Numbered from the stretch's first letter, positions 26,101 through 35,670 are shown. The stretch: 64,000 nucleotides of DNA from an uncultured Ignavibacteriales bacterium (GCA_964611355.1 CAZSYD010000002.1:10409-74408), one strand, 5' to 3'. Made by a program: numbers and translations. The notes: a model not told the origin generated them from the letters alone.

Positions 26101-26466
26101 AACGACTATTCGTTTTTTGAACGCTTCGGTGAAGCCTTGAGTTCCTTCGCTTGGCTCCTCATTGATGATATTTGTCTGCTGGAAATCGTTGTGCGAATTG
26201 TAAATGAAAACCGGAATGCGGCTTTTGGAAAAATATTTTAGCTGATCGGTAATGATTTCATAAGCATGCTCCAATTTCCGGGCGGCGAACCCGGCCAGCT
26301 CGTATTCCCCATCGTAGAAATAAATATCGAAATGTTCCGTTTGAATATATTCCCAGTCGAAACCCCGGTACTGGACTTTGTTCTTTCCGAAATATGTTTC
26401 CTGCGCCCCTGTCGGAGAAAAGCCATAAAGTAATATCAGGCCCAGGAGGAGGGCTGTCTTTTTCAT
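23122..26466 (-). CDS. Exported zinc-peptidase (MA-like) domain, PD40/TolB-like beta-propeller, acidic linker and Omp85 barrel
   Basis: Signal peptide; HHELTH...WLAEGYAEY; repeated PxFSPxG/PAWSPDG; E/D-rich linker; YFLGG...PLRGY; C-terminal F. Confidence 0.82.
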   Translation of the reverse strand: MKKTALLLGLILLYGFSPTGAQETYFGKNKVQYRGFDWEYIQTEHFDIYFYDGEYELAGFAARKLEHAYEIITDQLKYFSKSRIPVFIYNSHNDFQQTNIINEEPSEGTQGFTEAFKKRIVVHFMGSYEDFRHLLHHELTHAVIYDLIYGEFFKAVLTPNRLFRQPLWLAEGYAEYSSNGGWTQQADMVVRDAAINGYLRPPEYMGMLAYTEGFALVKYITDNYGVNKIGEIFKKGKALLTIDKALKSSIGMNSEDLYEKFAKEMRKRYWPDISMREEPKDFASQLTDHTKDGSNFNEKPVFSPKGQMLAIFTDVSGYSEIHLISAIDGKKITRLVKGERSADLESLRWYTSGISFSPNGENLVFVSKSKGEDALNFLKLKNRKIYLRKKFGLKSIISPAWSPDGKDVVFTALSGPARDLFMIDFETDSLIQLTGDRYDDIDVAWFPDNRRIIFSSDRPHPDNHQPIDTTMLDYGRYNLQIMDLESGKITPLLAGAGQNTEPAVSPDGERIAFVSNRNGTDNIYIYYVDSARVMAITNALSNAKSPTWSSDGCNIAYSTFFKGGYDIFVIKDIEVKGKNGVLPPTDFVMGKYDNEADWARQSDDTRLLTATDNGATLETPPMYDPDFPVSPAGVHSDWNGLDAGEGDKAEDEKTDETIEPEAEKDLAGDSSAVSEEASEEKEPEKETEKPDEEDEDRYVYNAPLEESIFAPTGELTAEGEAPYSAAEEMPIDSLLTDSLDNKLSNGEYKVKPYKTRFTPDYISGGLQYDSFFGFRGQTLFVFSDYVGDHQIYVVTDLINTIDQSNLQFFYLYNKLKVDLGVGLFHTKNYYIDSKNDLFSDRFYGIMAGLAWPRSKYSRIELNTTTTFIDRKYYDDPFLEGRNVRVTTGALSWINDTVLWGITGPVNGRRYKLSIEGATPIFGSQSVDYYAGELDYRQYFPFARPFGFAFRLSGGISRGSNPKNYFLGGSTNKIGSVSVAADVYEVENLYFSAVITPLRGYDYYELVGTRYAVTNMEVRFPFIDYFLMRYPLRLGLSRITGTLFLDMGAAWSDDDAFKGATSKGGPRLVDIKSGFGFGARANLGFLILRYDLAWRTDFNSVEPHAKHSFSLGADF

Positions 26467-26485
26467 ATCATCAATCCTTTCGGAA

Positions 26486-27745
26486 TTATGCGGCTGTCCT
26501 TATTATATCGGCTCCCAGGGCGCGTAACTTTTCCTCCAGGCGATAATACCCGCGGTCAATATGGTAAACCCGCAAAACCTCGGTTTTGCCTGACGCCGCC
26601 AGTCCGGCGATGACCAGACCGGCTCCGGCGCGGATATCCGAAGCCATGACCACGGCGCCGTTTAACCGTTTGACGCCGTTAATGGTTGCTTCTCCCGCGG
26701 TTACGGAAATATCGGCGCCCAGGCGGCGTAACTCCATCACGTGCGAGAAACGGTCTTCGAAGATCGTTTCCCTGATTCTGCTGATGCCGTCTCCCACGGT
26801 CAGGACGGCCATCAGGCACGCCTGAAGGTCGGTGGGAAAACCGGGGAAGGGATAAGTGACCGCATCGACCGGTTTGATTTTTTTGGGCCCGCGAAGCCTG
26901 ATTCCGGCGGCCGATGTTTTGATCGTTGCTCCGGCTTCCGCCATTTTATTTAACACCATTTCGAGATGCGAGGTTTCCGCGCCGACGATTTCCACGTCGC
27001 CGCCGGCCATGGCCGCTGCCAAGATTGTTCCTGTTTCAAGACGATCACCTATTACCGTATATTCAATCGCCCTGAGCTTGTCAACGCCCTCAATCGTCAT
27101 TACCGGATTGCCGGCGCCGGAGATTTTTGCTCCAGCCTTGATTAGGAAATTGGCCAGATCGACCACCTCGGGATCGCAGGCCGCGTTGATGATCTTTGTG
27201 GTGCCTTTGGCCAAAACGGCGCCGTACATCAGGTTCTCGGTGCCGGTATGGCTGGGCCGGTCAAAATAAACGTTGTTGCCTTTAAGTTTCTTGCAACGGG
27301 CGGTGATATATCCTTTCCTTTCGGAAACTTCCGCGCCCAGAGCTTCAAACCCCTTGATATGATAATTGACCGGCCGCGGTCCCAGTGAACAGCCACCCGG
27401 AAGCGATATTACCGCCTCGCCCAAGCGGTGCAGAATCGGGCCAAGGACCAGAAACGAAGCCCGCATCCGACTCATCAGTTCGTACGGCGCGGTGTTTTCG
27501 GTTAGAGTGGCGGCGTTTACTGCCATAGTCCTTGCATTACGGTCAAGTTCCACTCTGGCCCCAAGATGTTCAATCATGGCATTGATGGTATCAATATCGC
27601 GCAGGGGAGGGATGTTATGCAAAATCGTTTCGCCTCTGGGAATCATCAGTGATGCGGCGATAATGGGCAAAGCGGCGTTTTTGGCTCCTTCTACCGTGAT
27701 TTTCCCGGAGAGAGGTTTTCTCCCGCGAATTACAAACTTGTCCAT
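26486..27745 (-). CDS. murA: UDP-N-acetylglucosamine 1-carboxyvinyltransferase
   Basis: GAKNAALP, MRASFLVLGP, LPGGCSLGPRP (catalytic Cys), PFPGFPTDLQ, FEDRF, DIRAGA, HIDRGY. Confidence 0.97.
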   Translation of the reverse strand: MDKFVIRGRKPLSGKITVEGAKNAALPIIAASLMIPRGETILHNIPPLRDIDTINAMIEHLGARVELDRNARTMAVNAATLTENTAPYELMSRMRASFLVLGPILHRLGEAVISLPGGCSLGPRPVNYHIKGFEALGAEVSERKGYITARCKKLKGNNVYFDRPSHTGTENLMYGAVLAKGTTKIINAACDPEVVDLANFLIKAGAKISGAGNPVMTIEGVDKLRAIEYTVIGDRLETGTILAAAMAGGDVEIVGAETSHLEMVLNKMAEAGATIKTSAAGIRLRGPKKIKPVDAVTYPFPGFPTDLQACLMAVLTVGDGISRIRETIFEDRFSHVMELRRLGADISVTAGEATINGVKRLNGAVVMASDIRAGAGLVIAGLAASGKTEVLRVYHIDRGYYRLEEKLRALGADIIRTAA

Positions 27746-27793
27746 GTTACTCCCGTAGTCTTATACAGACGGGACGCCTGTTGGTTGAAGGTT

Positions 27794-28339
27794 TCAATTT
27801 TTCCGGCGCAGGGGAATTATATGCTCCTTCAGACTTTCCCTGACGCGCAGTAAAAATTCAATTACTTCCGGTTTTTGATAATCGGGATAAGTCCATTTCA
27901 GGGCCGTAAAGGTTTTATTTTCAAAAAGCAAGGAAACTTCGCCGAAGATGCCGTTTCCAAGGTAAATCCGATGCGCGAAATCCTTTGTCGAGGCCAGGAT
28001 CAGATTGGCCAGTCCTACCAGCCCGGGATCTATATTGATCGTCCGTCCGCCGGAGTTATTGAGAAATCTTTTCTCGAGCTTAATAGTCGTTAATTTGATA
28101 TTCTTTAACCTGTCCGGCGGAACCGGATCGCCAAAGGAAACGAAACCTCGTTTGAGACCCTCTCCCATTTCGTTTTTGTAATATTCCGTATGAGAAAAGT
28201 CAAACATCTCCGATTCGAATTGAACTTTTCCGAACTTTTTCTCCATCAGTCCGAGGACCGCGGTATAGGCGTCGAGGCGGCTGAAAATAAATCCCGATAT
28301 TAACATCGATTGTTCAATAGAAATCAGCTTATCCATCAT
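27794..28339 (-). CDS. DUF4416 family protein
   Basis: FDFSHTEYYKNEMG, RTINIDPG, LILASTKDFAHRIYLGNGIFGEV, WTYPDY. Confidence 0.85.
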   Translation of the reverse strand: MMDKLISIEQSMLISGFIFSRLDAYTAVLGLMEKKFGKVQFESEMFDFSHTEYYKNEMGEGLKRGFVSFGDPVPPDRLKNIKLTTIKLEKRFLNNSGGRTINIDPGLVGLANLILASTKDFAHRIYLGNGIFGEVSLLFENKTFTALKWTYPDYQKPEVIEFLLRVRESLKEHIIPLRRKN

Positions 28340-29045
28340 TCTTTATTTCCTTTTCCCGGATGGGCCATCGGGCCATCGGGGCAGGGGGGCAGGGGGGGCA
28401 GCTATTCAGGCAGAGCCCGCAAATCTGGTAGCCATAGTTGTTTTCCCGGGAGAAACGGATTACCTGATTACGGCATTTTTCGAGATCAAATTGTTCGGCG
28501 GTGTCGCCAATAGCCTCAGCCGGGCATCTTTCCATGCAGGCCTGACAGCGGCCGCAATCGGCGTCAACCATTTTATGCGGTTCGAGTTCCAAATCGGTCA
28601 AAAGTGTCGTCAGCCTTAAACGACTGCCGAAGCGGACGTTTATAAGCAGGTTGTTTTTGCCCCGCCAGCCGAGACCGGCCTTGTAGGCGATTTCCCGATG
28701 ATTAACATGGCCGATCATCGGGTAACGACTTACAACCATAGAGGCCGGAATGGCCATAGCGCAATAATCGGTTTGCGATATCTTTTGCGCGAGCCGGCAG
28801 GCGATATTATCAAGCTGCGTGTTGGTCATCCTGTAATGGAATTTGTATATTTCATTGGGGCGATCAATAATACTGTCCATGACGACTTTCGGAAGAGCGA
28901 CTCCGATCGATACGGCAAAAGGCAGGTGGCGGGCCGTGTCCCGAATCTCAGGGTGGAAACGTTCGACCAGATCATCGACCCGGCAGAAACCGACAATTGA
29001 TGCCCCCAGTTCACGGGCCGTCTTTTTCAATTCTTTTCCAGTCAT
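28329..29045 (-). CDS. Epoxyqueuosine-reductase/reductive-dehalogenase-like 2x[4Fe-4S] protein
   Basis: HREIAYKAGLGWRGKNNLLI...FGSRLRLTTLLTD; CGRCQACMERCP and CGLCLNSCP; start ATG 29045 or TTG 29057. Confidence 0.8.
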   Translation of the reverse strand: MTGKELKKTARELGASIVGFCRVDDLVERFHPEIRDTARHLPFAVSIGVALPKVVMDSIIDRPNEIYKFHYRMTNTQLDNIACRLAQKISQTDYCAMAIPASMVVSRYPMIGHVNHREIAYKAGLGWRGKNNLLINVRFGSRLRLTTLLTDLELEPHKMVDADCGRCQACMERCPAEAIGDTAEQFDLEKCRNQVIRFSRENNYGYQICGLCLNSCPPCPPAPMARWPIREKEIKNDG

Positions 29046-29264
29046 TACGCTGTACAAATCATATTAGATACGCCTGTCGACAAAGTCAACTAAAAGGGAA
29101 AACGCTCCCGATAAGTCGCGTTTTTCTCATATACATAGTCAAATGTTATAATATCAATTCGGAAAATATTGGACAAACCGGGAAGAAATCCGTCTTTAGG
29201 TTGTAATCCCCTCAGAAGACAATTTAGTCATTTCCTTCAGGCCTTTAAGTTAAGGAGGTGGATT

Positions 29265-31301
29265 ATGATTTTCCGTAATTATCTGCCCCACATTATCCTC
29301 GCCTCAATCCTTATGCTGGTACCGCTGTTTATTGCCGCCGGACCCGTCGGCAGAATAGGCGGGATCATCACCGACGCTCAAACCGGCGACCCATTAACGG
29401 GCGCATCAATTCAAATTCAAGGCGCGACTATGGGGGCCAAAACCGATTCGGAGGGCAAGTTTATTATCCTTTCCGTTCTGCCGGGGAAGTATGATTTGCG
29501 CATAACCTTGCCCGGTTACGAGCCGGTTATAGTCCGAGAAATCGAGGTTACGGCCGGTAATACGACTGAAGTAGATATTCAGTTGAAACCGTCCGTCATT
29601 GAAACCGGCAGGGTAACTGTCGTTAAAGGTACCCGCAATGGAATCGACATTAACATGACCGGTACGGTATTGATTAAAACCCAAAAGGAGGTTAAAGTCG
29701 CCCCGGTAGCCAGTCTTGCCGATTTGCTCTCGCGCGAAACCGGTATCACAAAGGACTCGGAGGGCGAATTACATGTTCGCGGAGGCCGTGCCGGGTCTGT
29801 ATACCTGTCCGATAGAGTTGATTATTCGGGCGGGCATTCTTGCGGCAAAAAACGAAAACCATGTCTAATCCCTCCTCCTTATTATCCATACGGCGGTTTT
29901 TCCAACGTCAATGACGAACCGTTCGACGCCATGTTTTTCAAGAACTACGGTGTCAATCCGTTTGTCGATACCGAGGACGATCATCTTTCCACTTTTGCCG
30001 CCGACGTTGACGACGCTTCCTTTATTTTGGCTCGCTCGTATATGGAAAGGGGTTACCTGCCGCCGGAGGATGCCGTCCGGGTGGAGGAGTTTATTAACCA
30101 TTTTGACTACGAATATGAAGCGCCCCGACGAGTTCCGTTTGAAGTGTATCTTGAGGGCGCTCCGTCCCGGTTCGGCCGGAACTGTCGGATGCTTCGAATC
30201 GGCATTAAAGGGAAAGAAATAGACCCGCAATATCGCGTGCCGGCCAACCTGGTTTTCCTTGTCGATGTGTCCGGTTCGATGGCGCGGGAAAATCGGTTGG
30301 AGCTTGTAAAAGAAGCCCTGAGGTACCTGGTCGATCAGCTTGACCGCCGCGATCGGGTAGGGATTGTGACTTATGATACGCAGGCCCGCGAAGTGATGCC
30401 GCCGACGTCGATTCGTTCCCGGAGAGATATTTATCGCTCCATCGACAGACTTAGACCGAGAGGCTCGACCAATCTTGAACACGGCCTCCAACTTGCCTAT
30501 CGGATGGCGGAGCGATATTTCGAGGAAGGACGCATTAATCGAATAATCCTTTGTTCCGACGGGGTGGCCAACGTCGGCGTTACCGGAGCCGATGAACTTC
30601 TTCGCCGAATCAAGCGATTCGCGGAGAGGGGAATAACCCTTACCGCGGTGGGTGTCGGTATGGGCAATCATAACGATGCTCTGCTGGAACAACTGGGGGA
30701 TAAGGGTAACGGCCATTATGCCTATGTTGATGACATCAAGGAAGCGAAGCGGATTTTTGTCGAAAACCTGACCGGCATGCTTCAGGTGATTGCGCGCGAC
30801 GTTAAAATTCAGGTCGATTTTAATCCCCGTGTGGTTCGCAGTTATCGTCTGCTCGGATACGAAAATCGCGACGTGGCGGATCATAAGTTTCGTGACGACC
30901 GTGAGGATGGCGGCGAAATCGGCGCCGGTCATGAGGTAACCGCTTTATATGAAATTAAATTCCATAAACAACGACCTTCCGGGAGATTAGGCGTTGTTTC
31001 TATCCGGTATAAGGATCCCGACGGGCTAGAAGTGGACGAAATCAGACAACCGATTGACACCCGTATCTTCAAGAGCCGCTTTCAACAAAGTTCTCCCCGG
31101 TTCCGGCTGGCGGCGGCAGCGGCCGAGTTTGCCGAAATTCTCAGGAAATCATACTGGGCCGGTGGATCGTCACTTTGCGACGTCTATGAGGTTGCCCGGC
31201 AGGTTTCCTGCGAACGGCCTTCAACTGAAGTAACCGAACTGATGGAATTGATCAGGAAGGCCGAACGTTTTCAGGATGAATTAGCCGAAAAAGAATGGTA
31301 G
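29265..31301 (+). CDS. Exported CarboxypepD_reg-like and plug-like N-terminus fused to YfbK-type VWA/DUF3520 domains
   Basis: AAGGAGG RBS; GRIGGIITDAQTGDPLTGASI; STFAADVDDAS; MIDAS DVSGS; GSTN; LCSDG; LLGYENR. Confidence 0.85.
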   Translation: MIFRNYLPHIILASILMLVPLFIAAGPVGRIGGIITDAQTGDPLTGASIQIQGATMGAKTDSEGKFIILSVLPGKYDLRITLPGYEPVIVREIEVTAGNTTEVDIQLKPSVIETGRVTVVKGTRNGIDINMTGTVLIKTQKEVKVAPVASLADLLSRETGITKDSEGELHVRGGRAGSVYLSDRVDYSGGHSCGKKRKPCLIPPPYYPYGGFSNVNDEPFDAMFFKNYGVNPFVDTEDDHLSTFAADVDDASFILARSYMERGYLPPEDAVRVEEFINHFDYEYEAPRRVPFEVYLEGAPSRFGRNCRMLRIGIKGKEIDPQYRVPANLVFLVDVSGSMARENRLELVKEALRYLVDQLDRRDRVGIVTYDTQAREVMPPTSIRSRRDIYRSIDRLRPRGSTNLEHGLQLAYRMAERYFEEGRINRIILCSDGVANVGVTGADELLRRIKRFAERGITLTAVGVGMGNHNDALLEQLGDKGNGHYAYVDDIKEAKRIFVENLTGMLQVIARDVKIQVDFNPRVVRSYRLLGYENRDVADHKFRDDREDGGEIGAGHEVTALYEIKFHKQRPSGRLGVVSIRYKDPDGLEVDEIRQPIDTRIFKSRFQQSSPRFRLAAAAAEFAEILRKSYWAGGSSLCDVYEVARQVSCERPSTEVTELMELIRKAERFQDELAEKEW

Positions 31302-31343
31302 GGTTTGCTTTCGATACGATTTCTTTCTCGATTGTTTCACACT

Positions 31344-31375
31344 AAGGGGCGGTTCAGGCCGCCCCCTTATATATT
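31344..31375 (+). terminator. Probable intrinsic terminator
   Basis: GGGGCGG-TTCAGG-CCGCCCC followed by CTTATATATT. Confidence 0.6.
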
Positions 31376-31576
31376 GGTTTTTGACCAAAAATGTCCCGAC
31401 GCCGTTTTATCGTCTTGTATAATTTCGGGAATAATATATATTGATTGTACGGTCTGTCATCGCCCAATTACAAAGCTGTATGGTTGGCCCAAGGGTTGTT
31501 TATGTGCTGGACGCCTTTATATCGTGGTGTGCGGGGTGAAATAAGAATTAGATAAAGCTTTCAAGAATTTTTCAAA

Positions 31577-33964
31577 ATGAATCTTATCCGTCGATCTGTG
31601 CCGTTTATACTATGCGCTTCTGTGCTGTTATCGGTTGAAATTGCCCTCGCCGGTAAAGACGGACGAGATTCTATAGCACTTATACGGGCCGACAGCCGCC
31701 TTGACGTGGCCGATTTCTATGTGGTTGATTTAGACGGCGATGGACTGGATGATTTTATCGAGTTGTTTGCCGATCAGCGCACTTATATGGCCCGGTCTTT
31801 TGTTCGTGAACGGCTTCTCGGCCCGGCTATGTATCAGGCCAATTTCGATTATCCGATAAGCTCGATTACTCCTGTTGACATAGATACTTTACCCGGTACT
31901 GAAGTGGCCGTTGTTCTTCGAGATAATGAAGGAGACAGCCTCTGGGTTTGCATTGTTTCCGGTTCAGACAAAAGAAATGTCCTCTGCAAAACAGAAGCAG
32001 TCCACGGGAAAAATATCAGCGATGGGGAAAGCCACAGGAATCCCCGGTGGGATGGCTCGGTTTGGAAATGCTATTTTGCCGACCTTGAAGGCGACGGAAC
32101 AATGGAAATAATTATTCCTTTTACGGTCGGATTTGGTCTTTATCCACGCGGCATTTATGTTTATCGATACCCTTCCGGAAAACTGTTCTGGAAATTCCGT
32201 CTGGCCGGAAATCCGCTTGCCCTTTCCTTTGCCGATGCCGATGGTGACGGTAATCTGGAAATATTTCTAAGAACGTGGGCATGTCACAATGGCGCCAGGT
32301 ATGAAGACAGGATGGATACGGCCGCATATGCCTTCGCCGTCGATCATCTCGGAAACGAACTTTGGCGAACAAATCTGGGCGACAGATTTGATTTTCCGAC
32401 AAGCAATCTTCATGTTTGTGATTGCGATAACGATGATACTCTGGAGATATATTATACCGTTTTGGTTGCTTCGGAAGGATATGACCGGCAGATTCAGCTT
32501 TTGCAGAAACATCGTGCCGGGGACAACCTGTTTTTGAAACAACGTTCATTTGATGCCGATCATCGCTATCGGGGAATCTATTCGGCTGACTTGGACGGCG
32601 ACGGCAGGGAAGAGTTGATTATCGATGATCGCCCCACGATTTTAGCGTCGGGTGATTTGTCGAGTTTGAAGGAAGCCGGGTTCAAGATGAACGGAATCGG
32701 GCTGATAGAGGATATCGATGGCGACGGGGATAACGGCTTGGAAATAGTCCTACGTAAGAGAGATTCTCTTTATATACTCGATAACGAGCTTAATCTTCTG
32801 GCCGCCTATCAGGCCGAATATGGCGGGCATATTACCGAGGTCAAACATTTCCGCACACCGTTTGGAAAAAATTATCTCGGATTGATTGTCAGCACCCGGG
32901 GCACTGGGATGCCCAACTCGGTTCTGTATCTGATGGAGATAACACGTCCGATCAGGGTATCGCATTTGACCGGCTTGATTTACGCTTATCGGTTGTTCTG
33001 GCCGTCGGTAGTTGTTGCTTTCGTCCTTGGGTTGCCTGTGGGGGCGATATTATATAGAGTTTTCAAATCTTCCAAAAGGCGTCGTATTTCCAAAAAATCG
33101 GCGCCTTACGAAAATCTTATGACATCTCTGGCAACCTTTAATCACGGCCAGATGGCCGGCAAAAACCTGAATAGATTATCTTTTCTATTTGGGAATCTTC
33201 CTGACAATCCCGACAAACTGGAAGAGTTCAAGCCGAATATTGAAGCGGCCATAAAAGCGTATCAATCCTTTACATCTGTTCAACTGAGTGATATTGCAAA
33301 ACACGCCGGAACGTTAAAGCAATTGCGTCCGATTATGAGCCATTTGGTTAAACAGGTGGAAAGTCTTAACCAATTGTTTGAGAGAGTATCGGTAAGGGAA
33401 TTGACGGCTGACAACGGTAACCGTTTCAGGTCTTTGATCCCAGAGGGCGCAGCCGGATTAAAAGATTCAATCAATCAGATTGAACGGGTTGTCCAGTCTC
33501 ATTTCACGGCAGACCCGGTCAGGGTAATTCCGGATGTTCTTTCCGCGGTCGCCGGTCGGTTACAAGCGCAGAAGATCGGTATCGCTTACACATCAATAAC
33601 GCAGGATATCAGAAAACCCGTTTTCTTTTCCAAAGCTGAGCTTGCAGCGGTCATAGAAGAACTAATCAGCAATGCCTGTACTGCCATGGCTGACGCCGAG
33701 ACGAAAAAGTTGTCGATGCGGGTGGATTATTCCGAGGGCGAGGTGGTCGTTGCTTTTTCGGATACCGGTTACGGCATTCGGGTTGATGATCCGGAAAAGT
33801 TGTTCAGCCGCGATTACAGCACCAAAGATGGGGATGGGGGGTACGGCCTGTTCAATGCCCGGCAGAAGGTGGAACGATTTGGCGGACATATTACCATCAG
33901 AAACAATAATGACGGCCCGGGCGCAACGGTAAAACTTATCCTGAAGACGGCAAGCGGTGACTGA
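31577..33964 (+). CDS. Sensor histidine kinase with extracellular FG-GAP/VCBS repeat propeller
   Basis: Signal peptide; DLDGDG/DADGDG/DIDGDG repeats; one TM (WPSVVVAFVLGLPVGAILY); ELISNA, DTGYG, GGYGL; atypical H box TFNHG. Confidence 0.82.
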   Translation: MNLIRRSVPFILCASVLLSVEIALAGKDGRDSIALIRADSRLDVADFYVVDLDGDGLDDFIELFADQRTYMARSFVRERLLGPAMYQANFDYPISSITPVDIDTLPGTEVAVVLRDNEGDSLWVCIVSGSDKRNVLCKTEAVHGKNISDGESHRNPRWDGSVWKCYFADLEGDGTMEIIIPFTVGFGLYPRGIYVYRYPSGKLFWKFRLAGNPLALSFADADGDGNLEIFLRTWACHNGARYEDRMDTAAYAFAVDHLGNELWRTNLGDRFDFPTSNLHVCDCDNDDTLEIYYTVLVASEGYDRQIQLLQKHRAGDNLFLKQRSFDADHRYRGIYSADLDGDGREELIIDDRPTILASGDLSSLKEAGFKMNGIGLIEDIDGDGDNGLEIVLRKRDSLYILDNELNLLAAYQAEYGGHITEVKHFRTPFGKNYLGLIVSTRGTGMPNSVLYLMEITRPIRVSHLTGLIYAYRLFWPSVVVAFVLGLPVGAILYRVFKSSKRRRISKKSAPYENLMTSLATFNHGQMAGKNLNRLSFLFGNLPDNPDKLEEFKPNIEAAIKAYQSFTSVQLSDIAKHAGTLKQLRPIMSHLVKQVESLNQLFERVSVRELTADNGNRFRSLIPEGAAGLKDSINQIERVVQSHFTADPVRVIPDVLSAVAGRLQAQKIGIAYTSITQDIRKPVFFSKAELAAVIEELISNACTAMADAETKKLSMRVDYSEGEVVVAFSDTGYGIRVDDPEKLFSRDYSTKDGDGGYGLFNARQKVERFGGHITIRNNNDGPGATVKLILKTASGD

Positions 33965-35309
33965 GGCGATCCTAAATGTTCTCCTGGTGGATGACGATCC
34001 GGAGTTTGTCGGTGACTTCAAAAGCCTCCTTCCCTCAAATATGCGATGCGAAAGCGTAACCGGCGTGGAACAAGCCCGCGCCTGCCTGAAGGCAAATGAG
34101 GTCGACGTTGTTTTTCTTGATATTGATCTTGGTTCCGGAGGAAACGGGCTTAAGTTTCTGAAACAGTTGAAGTCGAAATTTCCCTACCTGCCGGTTGTTA
34201 TGATTACCGCGGATCGCAAAGTTGATTCCGTGGTAAAGGCGATCCGTTTGGGAGCATCCGATTATGTCGGGAAAAGCCCCGATTTGAATACGTTGAAACT
34301 TTCGGTCGATCGGGCTATTTCTGAAAATCGTCTGCAACAGCGGTGCGATTTGCTGGAATCGGAACTGGACGAAATGATCGGCGACCTGATCGGGGAAAGC
34401 CAGGCCATGTTGAAGATCAAGCGCGAGATGAAACGACTGGCCGAGGTATCCTCGAGCGTTTTAATTACCGGCTATAGCGGGACCGGCAAGGAACTGGTCG
34501 CGCGAGGTATACATCGCCTTTCTCCCCGGCGGAATCAGCCGTTTGTCGCCGTCAACTGCGCTGCTCTGTCCCGGGAGTTGATCGAGAGCGAACTGTTCGG
34601 TCATGAAAAGGGAGCTTTTACCGGAGCGCTGGAGCGTCGCCTGGGAAAATTCGAACTGGTCGGGTCGGGTACGCTGTTTCTTGATGAAATCACCGAGATA
34701 CCCCTCGAAGTACAGGCCAAGTTTTTGCGTGTGCTGCAGGAGTGTGAATTCGAACGGGTAGGCGGCAGCCGGATGATACAATTTGAGGGGCGAATTCTGG
34801 CTTCGTCAAATCGTGATATTGATAAGGCGGTCGCCAATGGAAAGCTGCGTCAGGACCTGCTTTATCGTCTGGATGTTACCCGGATCCATCTGCCGCCGTT
34901 GTCTGAGAGGAAAGACGATATCCCGTTGCTGGTTGACTATTTTGTCCACCTCAAGGCAAAAGAGATGAAAAAGAAAGTCTCTTCCGCCAGCGATGAAGCA
35001 TTGCGTCTTTTGTGCTCCTGCAACTGGCCCGGCAACGTGCGTGAGCTGGCCAACCGTATTGAAAACGCCATGGTTCACGCCGACAATAGGATTCTGGGAA
35101 TGCCCGATTTCAGGCGGCTGATAATGAACGAGGGATTTTCGGACGGATATGAAGAAGCCAAAAAGCGGTGCCTGGCTGAATTTCAACGAAATTATATCTC
35201 CGTTTTATTAAAGAAAAACGGCGGAAATGTTACAAAAACCGCTAAAGAGATGGGCGTCACCCGGCAGGGTTTGGCAAAGATGATGAACGGTTGCGGCTTG
35301 TCGCAATAA
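33957..35309 (+). CDS. Sigma54-dependent response regulator (NtrC family)
   Basis: REC FLDIDL; GYSGTGKE; GAFTGA; FLDEI; HTH GGNVTKTAKEMGV. Confidence 0.92.
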   Translation: MTEAILNVLLVDDDPEFVGDFKSLLPSNMRCESVTGVEQARACLKANEVDVVFLDIDLGSGGNGLKFLKQLKSKFPYLPVVMITADRKVDSVVKAIRLGASDYVGKSPDLNTLKLSVDRAISENRLQQRCDLLESELDEMIGDLIGESQAMLKIKREMKRLAEVSSSVLITGYSGTGKELVARGIHRLSPRRNQPFVAVNCAALSRELIESELFGHEKGAFTGALERRLGKFELVGSGTLFLDEITEIPLEVQAKFLRVLQECEFERVGGSRMIQFEGRILASSNRDIDKAVANGKLRQDLLYRLDVTRIHLPPLSERKDDIPLLVDYFVHLKAKEMKKKVSSASDEALRLLCSCNWPGNVRELANRIENAMVHADNRILGMPDFRRLIMNEGFSDGYEEAKKRCLAEFQRNYISVLLKKNGGNVTKTAKEMGVTRQGLAKMMNGCGLSQ

Positions 35310-35614
35310 AATCGGGCTTGCCGCCTGAACAATACCTTCATAAAAAACCCCGGCCTGAGTTTTTCTATTGATTCCCCGAAAACCGATGTGATAGGGAGAA
35401 CCATAAAATTTATGGCGGCAACCGCAGTTTACATTACAATCGCAACGGTGATATTTACTTAGCTGTCAAGCCGCTGACGGTATCAACTCGAGTTTACGCT
35501 TCCGCTTCAAGAGACAAAAGAAAGGCCGACAACATTCGGCCTTTAGATTTTCGTAACCCTATACAATCTAATCGAATGTGTGTGAATCGTCAACTTTCGC
35601 ACAACACCGAAATA

Positions 35615-35631
35615 ACGGCAGGCGGTTTGCT
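35615..35631 (+). promoter_or_regulatory. Candidate sigma54 promoter upstream of the stand-alone receiver gene
   Basis: ACGGCAGGCGGTTTGCT: GG(35617-18)-N10-GC(35629-30), about 40 nt before the start codon. Confidence 0.5.
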
Positions 35632-35670
35632 TTACATATGCGTGTGATATGAAAGGTTGCAATACGGGGT

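Noticed and set aside
29865-30932. 355-aa minus-strand ORF
   Set aside because: Lies wholly antisense to the well-supported VWA gene and has no motif
31700-32760. DxDGDG repeats as a DNA repeat array or CRISPR
   Set aside because: These are protein-level FG-GAP repeats, divergent at DNA level, with no constant repeat-spacer period
35412-35462. 16-aa hydrophobic mini-ORF MAATAVYITIATVIFT
   Set aside because: The nearest SD-like GGAG is about 14 nt away and nothing else supports it; kept only as a note
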